Below the pieces are notes generated by a model. That model was not told where the DNA came from. It made no database searches and saw only the letters and a list, made by a program, of their open reading frames with translations. From Coniocarpon cinnabarinum (lineage: Eukaryota), in assembly GCA_051942205.1 (NCBI GenBank), contig JAVECO010000149.1, positions 1 through 59,742 of the forward strand: a DNA stretch of 59,742 nucleotides, read 5' to 3'. A program made the position numbers and the translations under genes. This document shows, one piece after another, positions 40,762-51,445 of this stretch (within the stretch, counting starts at the first letter, position 1; each line of letters begins with the position of its first letter).

Positions 40762-41115
40762 TCTATCCGCATTGATGTCATGACCCCTCCGAAAAAACCT
40801 TTTCCTTCATCGCAATGAATGTGCCGACCTTGATGGGGCCTGAACAGGGAACTAAGGTAACCTTTTAGCGACGCATTGCCGGACGAGAGACAATTCGGAG
40901 CATCTGATTATGGATGGCGTTGAGGAGAATAATACAGCTGCACCTAAGACGACTACAACATGCTAAAACCTAGACTACGAAACAAGGGCGTACCAATCTC
41001 CAGCCATTCTCAGCCCTTGACAAAACTTTCCGAAATCTCTATCAACATATTCGATCTTTTCTCAACTTTCTAAAGCTAACGATATATACTCAATCTCCAG
41101 TGGAATCCAAAGCAA

Positions 41116-43476
41116 CTACTGTTCACGAATCGACGGTCGCGATGCCGCCAGATTCCGCAGATGCAGACTCAATGCTCCATCACCCGGCACAGGCGAGTGC
41201 GGTCTTCTATTCACTGCTCCTTCTCCATACTCGTCACGAGCCAGACGCTCAAACGTCATCCAATTTGGTGGACTCTTCATGGCGGGCGGACAGCCTCTGC
41301 AGACTCGATCTGATAAGGGCGATGGTGGTGTGTGCATTGGCACGTCGCCGCTGTTGTCTCTTGAATGGACGGGCTTGGCAGATTGGGTCATGGAGAATGG
41401 ATCCTTAACTGGGAATGTGAATGCTCGGGAGGTTCCACCATTTCCCGTATGTTCTGTGCTTCCCACCAAGCCGTCCATTCGATCAAGCTGTGAACTCCCA
41501 AGAGCACGCTGAGATTTGCAGTCATGGCTTGTCGAGCGTTGCTGCTGCAAGCTAGGCTCTGTGTTCCTTGCCACGTCTTGGTCAGGCCTCCAGATACTGT
41601 ACTTTGGATCAGGCAACTGAATTTCCTGTCTAAGCCTCTCCTTGCCATCTGGCACTCGGTTTGCAAAAACAACGCGAATTGTCTTATACAAGAAGTATCG
41701 ACCTTTCGAAGGACAGCAGATGTTGAGATGAATCAAATATCTCAGAACCGGCCTGTCTTTGGGCTCGTCCGAATTTGTCAAAGAAGCTTCTGGCCGGTCA
41801 GTTCCGAAATTTCTTCTGGCACTGACTGGCATGTCAATGATCGGTCCAGCGGAATAGCTGCGCTGCCGAATGAACGTCTTTTGCCCTGGTTGCATTCCTT
41901 CTAGATCATAAGGAATCAGGAAAAGCTTCACGGCGGTTTTGTTGGGATTCTTAATGATGATTTGAAGTTGGCCCTTCTCGGGTATACGATACCCTCCTTT
42001 AGGACCAGGACGAGAGCTTTGTCTCTGTTGCCTGTACCTCCCAGGCCGCTCCTTAACTTTAAAGGAAATTTTTCCGTCGAACACGCTCCCTTCATCATGA
42101 GACGCCGTCGTCGCAACTTCACTTGGACTTTTCGACTGTGTCACACCGGTAGAAGGCTCGAGTGATTCTAGGTCAATCATTCCAACGTATGGACTAGGGC
42201 CGTCACTTGCTTTATTCGGACTGCTCGGCCGACTTCCATAGTTGTAGAACACGGCTGGGAAAGGCACCGCAACGTGAGGCGGACAGCGAAGACTGGACTT
42301 ACATTTGCCTTTTCCCAGGACTCCAATCTGAGCGACGAAGTCAAGCGGGCGCGACGGAAGGCTCGACATGCGTCCCCTCAGGATAGACTCCTCGTACCTT
42401 CCAACCATTGGCGCACGTTGCAAAGGCGACGATTCTGAAGCCAACGACGGTCTTCTTGTTCGCGCACTCGGTGACTGCGGTGCAAATGACGGACCGGAAC
42501 GATCATTGAACGAGTTAATAGATCGACTGGGCTGGTGTGCTTGATACGGCAGGACATTATCACGACGTACATTTGGCAGAGGACGCTGCGTAACAGGAGA
42601 GGAATTATTACTAGTCGGCATAGGCCTCATCGCTCGAAGGGCACCAGGAGAGAATGTCCTGCGGCGGTTAAATTTCTCTGGGCTTGACGGACGGACAAGT
42701 CGATCGTGATCGCCGTCACTATCACTGTTATTCGTCGTATTCACGAGCGGGCTTGTAGGCGGCTGAAGGGCGAGGCTCAAAGACCGAGCTGAGTACGAAG
42801 CAGCGCGTGGCCGATACAGAGAATGTGATTCAGGCTGCGTTCCAAAGCCTGCAAAGGTGCCGGGTGTGGGCAAGCTTGGTATCACCGGCACGCGAGGTTG
42901 ATACCAAGGAGAAGTCGGGAAAGTACTGATCCATTGGTCACGTTGCGTTTGAGTGGTACGGAAGGGATATGGACTCCCAGGTTGCAGACTGCTCGTGGAC
43001 GTTGCTTCATCGTCTTGCCGGAAATCTCCGCGGTGCAGAGCAGACCGTGGTCGCCCAATACTGGAGCCTACCTCCAAATGATCAATGACTGGTGCTTTTA
43101 CGCATGCCTGCTGTTCGCCAGCGATCTCAGCCGGCGGCAATAAAGATCTGATCTGTGAGGAGGATGCGTTCTCCTCTCCGCCAAGAGGTCCCGAAGACGG
43201 GACGTATGTCTTTTGGAGCCATGTTGCTCGTTGCTCGCGCTTCTTCCTCTCTATTAACTCTTGTCTCGTCTCATTAGGATGCAGACGGCCTTCAAAGGGG
43301 CTTCCTTCGGGCGTCGTAGACCTGAACTCTTGCCGCGATGAGCTCCGAGATGGCGTGCTACATCTTGACGTCTGACCGCGGGGCTTTGACCGTCTGCTGT
43401 CGGATGAGCCTGGTCGGGAGGAAGATTCGTTCGATGCTGCCGTTTTGAAGGGTTGGCTGTGACTACGAATGATCAA
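41116..43476 (-). CDS. FAM214/Atos-like (DUF4210) protein
   Basis: VGRYEESILRGRMS, FVAQIGVLG, CPPH, SPYVG, YRIPEKGQLQIIIKNPNKTAVKLFL, KTFIRQ and LRYLIHL. Further 5' exon(s) are likely (probable intron 43521-43463); start not resolved. Confidence 0.88.
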   Translation of the reverse strand: MIIRSHSQPFKTAASNESSSRPGSSDSRRSKPRGQTSRCSTPSRSSSRQEFRSTTPEGSPFEGRLHPNETRQELIERKKREQRATWLQKTYVPSSGPLGGEENASSSQIRSLLPPAEIAGEQQACVKAPVIDHLEVGSSIGRPRSALHRGDFRQDDEATSTSSLQPGSPYPFRTTQTQRDQWISTFPTSPWYQPRVPVIPSLPTPGTFAGFGTQPESHSLYRPRAASYSARSLSLALQPPTSPLVNTTNNSDSDGDHDRLVRPSSPEKFNRRRTFSPGALRAMRPMPTSNNSSPVTQRPLPNVRRDNVLPYQAHQPSRSINSFNDRSGPSFAPQSPSARTRRPSLASESSPLQRAPMVGRYEESILRGRMSSLPSRPLDFVAQIGVLGKGKCKSSLRCPPHVAVPFPAVFYNYGSRPSSPNKASDGPSPYVGMIDLESLEPSTGVTQSKSPSEVATTASHDEGSVFDGKISFKVKERPGRYRQQRQSSRPGPKGGYRIPEKGQLQIIIKNPNKTAVKLFLIPYDLEGMQPGQKTFIRQRSYSAGPIIDMPVSARRNFGTDRPEASLTNSDEPKDRPVLRYLIHLNICCPSKGRYFLYKTIRVVFANRVPDGKERLRQEIQLPDPKYSIWRPDQDVARNTEPSLQQQRSTSHDCKSQRALGSSQLDRMDGLVGSTEHTGNGGTSRAFTFPVKDPFSMTQSAKPVHSRDNSGDVPMHTPPSPLSDRVCRGCPPAMKSPPNWMTFERLARDEYGEGAVNRRPHSPVPGDGALSLHLRNLAASRPSIREQ

Positions 43477-43988
43477 TAGAGTAGGTAGATCAGTCTCAAG
43501 CTAGCCAAAAGCCAGGGTTACTGGCCGTTCGACTCTGGAGATACTGCGGTAAAGAAGGTGTAGTGTCGGCCACTTGTTGGATAGCGAGGGTAGTGAAAGT
43601 CCAACTTCCATGCAAAATCCAGTCGATCTTCTGAGGCACGGCTCTAGTTGCAGAAACGATTGAATGTCGTAGAAACAGCCAGGCTGAGCTTATCGACGAT
43701 GACATGAAGTTGAATAGGCCGAGGGACGTCATGCGGTCCGCACAAAGCACGTGCACCCGTGACGATGACGCGACTCATCGTTTCGGGCATTTGCAGAGTT
43801 GTTTGCTTTGCACCTTTTCGCAGCTCAGCTGTGTCATTTGTGGGTAAACCCTGTGCAATACCTCTGCAAGAGCGAGCTTTGCAATATGAGATAGGCGGAG
43901 TGAGATGCAAGGCAGAAATTCCTTTCTTGGCTGATGTTGTCTCTGAGTATCGCACAGTGCAGAACCGCGCTTCCTCACATAATTGAAT

Positions 43989-44770
43989 ATGGCGAAGAAG
44001 CGATCTGAATCATCAACAAAGACTGCTGAAGACGGCCCAAACTCCACACAGAAAATCAAGAGTGGTTTTCGGGTCGGACCTGATCATCTACCAGATGGCA
44101 CGTATCGGCGAAGAGGTATAGATGTTGCCGCTCAGTGATCTGCTGTCCAACGATTCTGAGACTGACCACATGAGTAGCTCAAAGAATAAAGCAAAATCTT
44201 ATCCAGAAAGCGAAGGTTAAGAAGAAATATGCAAAGATCAAAGAGCGGGAATTAGGCATTGCGAGCAACGTTCAACCACCCAAGACCACTTCAAATGAGG
44301 TAACGCAGTCCACGAACGTAGGTCCAGACGAGCTCTCAGAGCAACACCGTAGCAGCAATCATCATACGTCTCCAGAGTTGGAGGATACTAAGCTGCATGC
44401 AAATGAGGGTGTCTCTCATATCAACGGAAATGAAGCAAACACACAAGCTGCGCCGATCGCAGGCGAGCCTGAGGAAGCAGAACATGATCCTGAGGGCCCA
44501 ATGCATCCTGACCGGAAGCGCATGAATCGCAGAAAGACGCAGCCATACAGTAGAGAAATGAATCAAGCCAAGAAAAGGCGCGAGGAGCGACAAGCTGCTA
44601 GACAAGCCAGAGAAGAAGCGCTGAAGGAGCGAGAACGTAAGATTCAAGAGCGCGAGAGATGGCGCAAGCAAATGGCAAAAGCCCGACAGCCCGGCAAGAA
44701 CGGCCAACGCAGGCTTGGACGAGAGTCTCAGGTATTGTTAGAGAAAGTACAAAAGCTTGTCAGCTCCTAG
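43989..44770 (+). CDS. FYV7: rRNA-processing protein Fyv7-like
   Basis: Exons 43989-44115 and 44178-44770. GFRVGPDHLPDGTYRRR, IQKAKVKKKYAKIKE and C-terminal KNGQRRLGRESQVLLEKV. Confidence 0.8.
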
Positions 44771-45578
44771 GATTCCTGAGTGGGTAGCCTTGACCTTACA
44801 AACCAGTCTGCGTGTTCCATTGAGAACGCCCTATGCATTTTTTGTCTAGACTAACAGGATGTCTTAACACCTCTGAGACCTCACGCTTTCAATGACTGGA
44901 CAGAGTTTTTTTTAGACCTTGCAAACAGGCAGATAAGAGAGCCCTTCACGCACCTCAAGACACCACTCATGAAATACCGGGATCTTGGAGGGAGTAATGT
45001 GGGCTTCCGCGGGCCACATTCGCCACATGAAAAGGCTCCGACTATGGGTCATGACGCTTGTAAGACTTTGACCTGAATGGAAGTCTTGATAGCTTTCGCC
45101 TATCACCTAGCTGGTAAATCGCCTCGATTCACCATATCCGGTGGTCCTAATGTTGGAGGCTAGGCAGGAGTTCCGACGAAACAGCTTTGATGAAGCGTGT
45201 ACTGATTATATAGTGCTGATAAGCTCCCGCTGGATAGCATCAAAAGTTAACTGGCATGCAATACAAATCGACCTGGAGAGTCTATGCTGGCGCTGCAGAC
45301 GTCTTTCCCTCTGGTTGCCTTTCGTGTTGTCGCATAGTGAGAATTCGGGAGGTCAACATCACGTGTCATTTGCCTGTCACCTCCACAACGAAGACGCGTG
45401 ACCCATTCGTCAGGCCCACAACTATATTTGACGTGTCGCTACTTGCCTTACGCCTCACGTATATCTACATATATATGTATATCACACCTCTCCACTGGAC
45501 TTGTTGTGATCTCGCACAACTATCAGCAACTCCACCGCTCTTCTGACAACTTTCTAGAACACGTTCAACAAGGCGACT

Positions 45579-46490
45579 ATGGCTCGCATCAAAGTTGTCA
45601 CAGGGCCAGGGAAGTTGCCCGTGCAGGCCACCGACCAAACACTGTTTGATTTGTGGAAGGATTGTCAAAGTCAACCTCTGGAGAGCGTGCAGAGTATGTT
45701 TCTCGGTCGTTTCCATATTTGAAAATACTAAAGATCTACAGTCCAACAGAGAGAAAATCCTCCCGTCACCATTCAGAGGGGTGACATCCTCTCATTCCAA
45801 CATAGCCCCGAGGATCGCACCGCTCCAGAGTGGGTTGGGCGTGCCGACGCTTTCAAACGATGGGATCAAAGCACCTCCAAGCATCATTGGCACGGTGAGC
45901 CATTCGATCTCATTAACGTCCACTGGCTCCGCAAGGTGAAGGGTCCCAAATACCGAATGTTCGATTACCGCTCGACGGAGGAGGCCCAATGGAGGACGGT
46001 AGGAGGGACCAAAATCGGTATTGCCTGGGACGTCCAACGTTCCCACAGTGTCTCGGGAAGGATTGATGCACAAGTGATGGGAAACGGGAATCACTACTGG
46101 CTCCGGGGAAAGCGGGATGAGATACGGATCGACTGGGAAAGCGACCATGAGGAGGAGGAGGAGGAGGAGGAAGCTGAGGGGGAGGAGGTGGAGGAGGAGG
46201 AAGAAGAAGAAGCAGGAGAGGATGAGAAAGTGCAACCGGAACTCGATGAAGACGACGGCCATGGTGCAGCGACCATTAGCCAAATCAAGAAGGGCAAGAG
46301 CAAGAAGGTCGAGGAACGCCCTTCACGCAAGCGCAAACGCAGCCCAGACGACCAAAATGGTGAGTCGCAGGCCAGCAGCGTCGCGGTTGAAAACGCTGGA
46401 GTCGTCGATGCGGGGGGTCAAGAAAATATCGAGGTGACGCTTCCTCACATGCCTGGTCCGCCATACCCTAGCATCTTCGGTGGTCACTGA
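45579..46490 (+). CDS. BAH-like domain protein A with acidic tract and NLS (287 aa)
   Basis: Exons 45579-45693 and 45742-46490; the intron contains an in-frame stop. TIQRGDILSF...EWVGRADAFKRW...FDLINVHWL, then a poly-E tract, KKGKSKK and RKRKR. Confidence 0.7.
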
Positions 46491-46909
46491 GGAAAACTAG
46501 ACCGGAGTCTACTACCTCATGAGCAAGCAATGTGTACGAAACGGATGACGTGAACGTTGCAAATTATATCAGGAAAAGTCAGAGTGCCACCCTCTTTGCC
46601 TTCGCCCGGAGCTTTGTTCAAAGGAGAGCGGTGACAAACTGGCGAAACAGCCGCGGCAGCCAGCTGCTCACCATGAAGTCCAAATCATTGCCTGCATTGA
46701 AAATGTGCGCGCTCACATGTCTGTAGTTCAGTGCGGATAATTGAGCATGACTTTAGAGTTTACTAAATTGTGCGCATAAGCATTGACCACTCTTGTTGAT
46801 TGGAAACAGCAGTCACATGTTGGATTCCTACGTATCCTTCACTCAGAACTTATGTATTCTGACATAACAACCTACACTGTATTAAGTTTAACGAACAGCG
46901 AATATCAAA

Positions 46910-47272
46910 ATGCGAGCCAAAACTGTAAAGCGAAAGAAACATGTCACCAAGCGTACACTACCACGACTGCCGAACGAGCTCATGGTCTACATCGTTCAAC
47001 TAACCGTGTGGGCCATTCTCAACGGCCCAAAACGCGCAGTCTACTACGGCATCCTCAACCTTGCTCGCGTATCGCAGGCATGGGAACTCACTGCGTTCAA
47101 AGAAATAAAGGAGAATGCTTCGCCGAGACTGAGTGAGAGTGTCGCTGTCGGATGTCTGAGAGCACTGCTGACTCGCGCTCGTCCATGTTTAGTTCCATCG
47201 CAGGAGGTTAGCCTCATTTTTGGGCGATCCAAAATGAGACCCCTTGTTGATGAATATTTGCGCGGACTTTGA
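46910..47272 (+). CDS. Small F-box-like protein (possibly truncated)
   Basis: CAAA ATG context, basic N-terminus KRKKH, then LPRLPNELMVYIV...LNLARVSQAW resembling an F-box. Confidence 0.5.
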   Translation: MRAKTVKRKKHVTKRTLPRLPNELMVYIVQLTVWAILNGPKRAVYYGILNLARVSQAWELTAFKEIKENASPRLSESVAVGCLRALLTRARPCLVPSQEVSLIFGRSKMRPLVDEYLRGL

Positions 47273-48122
47273 AAATTTTGGTATTGCGTTTCCAAATCGC
47301 GACGAGCGACATGAAAGGACGTAGACCAACGGTTTTTGTTAATCGAAGGTCTTGATGACCAGGTCAAACTTCAGAGGACTTTTCAAAAAAAAAAATCAGG
47401 TCTACATCGCAATGGGTTTCATGCAACATAGCTTCCAGAATGGCGATGGACGAAGTTACATAGAATTTTCTGCCCAGATTTCGGGAGCCAAAGAGGTCAG
47501 CATCCGCAAGTGTGAAAGAGCTGTCTGAACACAAACGACAGAGCCCAATATCACAACCAACGCTCAAGCCCAGAAAAATCTAATGTCCCCCCTCCCATCC
47601 TGGAATGCCCGCGTAAATCCCTTCAATCTTGCTAGAGCATCCTCCAGCTTCAAGTACATACATCTCCTGTTACTAGAACTTTCCCTAATCCTTGACATGA
47701 AATGAATTCTCAATGTCGTTCAGTTCACGGCGTCTCTTCTCCTGAGATTGGTGCTCTAACGCTCGTTCACTTTTAAGGTGGCCTTTGCCTTAGAATCTGG
47801 AACGTCCGGCACGCTGCGTGATTCTGTTCCTTTGGAATTTGGAGCAAAGAAATACTTGTTTGCTTCAGAGATCCTTCGAAAGAGTTAGAATGCACTACAA
47901 TGACTCTGATTGCATTGCAGCTTGTTTGTGATCAGCAAACGCCCAAAGATGAAAGAATTGTGCTTGCACTGGGGCAATCCAGCACTAAAACATAGCTCAA
48001 AGACCAGGCTGCTTGGTGTTAGGTATCAGGAATACTTCCAGGTCTCAAATACTCCGTCTCTTCGCAGACGCATTCGCCGCGAGATGGAGCATCGCTCATA
48101 CACTCTCCAAAGAGTACTTGAG

Positions 48123-48979
48123 ATGGCTGCGTCACAAAAGAAAAACGGCACTTCCAGGAGGCTTCGATCGTCGGACAAAAAAGTTGTCAGCACGAATGAT
48201 CCAGCAATCCAACAAGGCGCAAATGCAACGTCAACATATAAGGTTTCGAAGAAGTCACCCCCAGGCAATGGCAAAGCTCGCAGCAATCAAGTTGAGCTTG
48301 AGGATCTTGGCGGTCTTACTCCGAAAGATGTTACAAAGCTGGAGGACTGGTGGAATGACTCGCGCGCTACAGTCTCTCAGACCATGCAACGCACGTTCAA
48401 TCTTACACGATGTGATGTCATTGGAGCTAACGTAATGTCAGTTGGGACCGACGGTCGATCGCTCCTGATGGAGGGCGACTTGATAACTGTTAAGACCGAT
48501 GATGACTCCACAGATTGGTAAGTGCATAGATCCTGTCCATTTTTTGGTATTAAGATCAGGCGAAGCTCTCCTCTGCATGAGGTCCTATCATGCCTTTTGT
48601 CTCGAAGCTAATCTCTAGTGTTAGGGTCGCACAGGTCCATAGGTTCAAAGAGTGGTCACGTCCGAGGTCCAGAGGTCGTTTCAAAGGTGCAAATTCATTC
48701 GTCATGATATGGGTTCGCTGGTTGAAAGCCGCAGATAGCTCTGAAACGAGTCAACTTACGCGAAAGGGGTTGCATCCTAGGAAGTGGAGGCTTGAAGATC
48801 GCGAAGACATAGTTCAAGCCACTATCATCATTGACCGCTCTGTGACTGGTAATCTCGAAGCTGGGAAGAAAAAGGACGCTCAGGGGTCGGAGTTTTGGAC
48901 AATACAGAAATTCAAAGAGAATTTTAGAGATCTCGAGCGACAGGAGAGGAGGGAAGAGGCGCAATTGAAGAAGACCTGA
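48123..48979 (+). CDS. BAH-like domain protein B (about 232 aa)
   Basis: Exons 48123-48390, 48442-48517, 48625-48979; first intron is GC-AG. EGDLITVKTDDDSTDWVAQVHRFKEW...FVMIWVRWL...HPRKWRLEDREDIVQATII. Start could be 48084. Confidence 0.7.
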
Positions 48980-49259
48980 TGTTTGGTGAACCTTCTGCGC
49001 TGGATCGCGGATGCGCCGCTATATTGACTGTGCTTTCTGCTGGGAATCAAGAGTGCAACCATCATCACAGTGGCTGAGATCCAAAGCGCGCGGCTGGCTC
49101 TGCATTCCTGGGGACATTGTGGAAATGTTGGGTCGTCATGTCCTCCTGTCTGTCAGAGGATGTGATTACCATTTTTGAGGTCTGAAGTCTGTTAAAATTT
49201 GTACATTTGAATCATGGTCATCGTTCACTGAGAATAAGAATATGCTTCGAAGCTCTTTC

Positions 49260-50456
49260 TCATCGCGCTTTTTCTTCCTGCACCTGGCGTCTTAGGTCTT
49301 CAAGAACTTGTTGTCGTCTGTTCAGATGAGCTTCGAGACCGTCCACCTGCTCCTTCACGGTGTTAATCTCCTCTTGTACATTCTTCAGAGCTGCGCCCTC
49401 TTTCGCTCTACCCTCACCCATTTCAAGGTCCCGTAGCTCTCTGCGCTTGTAGTCAAGCAACTGCTCAAGTTCCCTCTTCACAAGCGCAGGCTTGCTCTCA
49501 TTTCTCCTGCCCTGTGATTCTCGCTTTTTCGCGGCAGCCTCCACTTGCTCGATCTTCTGCTCGAGCTCACGCAATTGTTTTTTTAACCGCACTTCTTCCC
49601 AATCTTCAGTGGTCTTTTGTCCGAAGTCGGTGCCGCGGGGCCGATCCGCACCTGTCCCTAAACGGCTGAGGTACGCGTCACCAAATTTCGCCTTCCTTCC
49701 TGTGCCTGTGCTGTCGTCTCCCATGGCCTTCGCAGCATTCGCTCTCACCCGGTCGACATTATAATCAATGCTCTTGTTGTCAAAACTTGCTCGCAAGCTC
49801 GGAGGAACGGTTCGAGGCAATCGAAAACCCTCATGTCGTCCTCGCAAGACGTGCAGAAAAGCTAACGCGGCGTCTTTTCCGATCGCTGTGTCTGCGCTTG
49901 GATTTACCAAATTCCAGGTGCTCCGGACGTCCGTGTCGGGCACGTCCAAGCTATCGTAGAGACCTCCTAGTGCATCGAAAGTGATGTATCCATGACCATC
50001 GCGTGCCCGCATGTAGATCTCCTCGTACTGACTTCGGTTCGCTGGCGGCATGTACCAGTCAAACCCATCCTTCAGTCCCTGGTCATCTTCTTCCTCTTCG
50101 TCTAATTCTCTTGCTCTCTGATGTCCCTGCGCAATCCCTCGACTTGCCTGCACCAGGTGCGCTTTGCTGGCCGGTACAAGCCAGTCGGGAATGTGCTGTG
50201 GTACATCGGCGAACTCGCCCTTCAGTATATCATACACGAGCCGCATAGCAACACAGAATTCTTCGAAGTCGAGACGACCATCATTGTCGAGATCCGCAAG
50301 GTCCCATACCCTCTCGAGCTGGGACGAAGATAGGCGAGAGTTGCGGAGGACAGTTGCAGCTTGGTCTCCAGTGAGGTGAGATGAACCAGGTGTGAGGAGC
50401 GAGGAGAAAAGCTCCCAATAGCGATTTACTTCCCATTGATCAATCTGCTGAGTCAT
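49260..50456 (-). CDS. END3: Endocytosis/actin protein End3 (two EH domains + coiled coil)
   Basis: MTQQIDQWEVNRYWELF, WDLADLDNDGRLDFEEFCVAMRL, WLVPASKAHL, FDWYM and DWEEVRLKKQL. Confidence 0.95.
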   Translation of the reverse strand: MTQQIDQWEVNRYWELFSSLLTPGSSHLTGDQAATVLRNSRLSSSQLERVWDLADLDNDGRLDFEEFCVAMRLVYDILKGEFADVPQHIPDWLVPASKAHLVQASRGIAQGHQRARELDEEEEDDQGLKDGFDWYMPPANRSQYEEIYMRARDGHGYITFDALGGLYDSLDVPDTDVRSTWNLVNPSADTAIGKDAALAFLHVLRGRHEGFRLPRTVPPSLRASFDNKSIDYNVDRVRANAAKAMGDDSTGTGRKAKFGDAYLSRLGTGADRPRGTDFGQKTTEDWEEVRLKKQLRELEQKIEQVEAAAKKRESQGRRNESKPALVKRELEQLLDYKRRELRDLEMGEGRAKEGAALKNVQEEINTVKEQVDGLEAHLNRRQQVLEDLRRQVQEEKAR

Positions 50457-51445
50457 GTTTGTCGTTTTCTTCTTCAAATTGTCTTGATGTTCAGTGTGGT
50501 GTAGCTTCTTCGTTATGGCCTTCTAAATGTAACTATATCTACCACATGAACATAGGGTTACATTACCCTATATACTTTCATTATCGATAGCAATCACTTC
50601 TCTTTCAACGTATCATGTCTGTGATGCTGGCCTCGCCGTTGCTAAGTGAAAGCTCGTGTCGAAGTCACTCAGGAAATGCTGCATAGCTTGGGTTGTTGTG
50701 CTTGAGAGTTCTCGCTGGACTGCAACCAAGCTACGACTCAAGAACAAAACTAAACCTACAGAAGATAGTATTGCCCAGCAGGCGTTGTGGCGTGCAGCAG
50801 TCGCTTTGAATGAGCGCGAGCGTAAATTCTCGAAATCGACTTCTAAGAATTCCATGACATCTTATACACAATGTCCGCTCTATCCTCGGACTTCGCTCCG
50901 TACACGCATGAGCTAACACCACTACCTTTGCGGGCACGTGGGGAATACGGAATCATCAAATAGGCTTAGCGCAGATCGGCGTGTATCGACTTGGGCGGAT
51001 CTTCGGCGGACCAAGCTCCACGTATCCTAAGGTTTCTGGAGATACAATGTTCCTGGTTGTTTGATGCCTCAGTACTTGTAAGGGTTGTTGTTCCAGTAGC
51101 AATGCGGGCTCAGGATGGAGCACCCTTTGTGGCAACATGGGTTCGTCATGAGCGAGTCATAAACGAGTCCAATGTCTAAGCACAGACGCTTGCGACGCAC
51201 GCTAAACGCTGATTTTCTTTCGCGAGTTCGTGTTCCTTGAAGACACTTGACCTTCGCCAGCCGCTCGCTCTGCGCCCTTTTCTTCTTCCTCGAACCCTTG
51301 CACTCGGAGCGTCGGAGTAGCAAATATGTCAACTTTCTGAGTGACTGCCCTCATCTGGCCTGTGAACCTCAACATCTCTACACATACTCCACCTCCCTAG
51401 TGACCCTACGTGTTGATACTTGTGACCCCTTCCAATACCGCGGTC

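Noticed and set aside
46149..46212. (GAG)n/(GAA)n microsatellite
   Set aside because: It encodes the poly-Glu tract of BAH-like protein A and is not an independent element.
50552..50571. ATAGGGT...ACCCTAT inverted repeat, telomere-like
   Set aside because: A 7-bp stem is expected by chance and there is no TTAGGG array.
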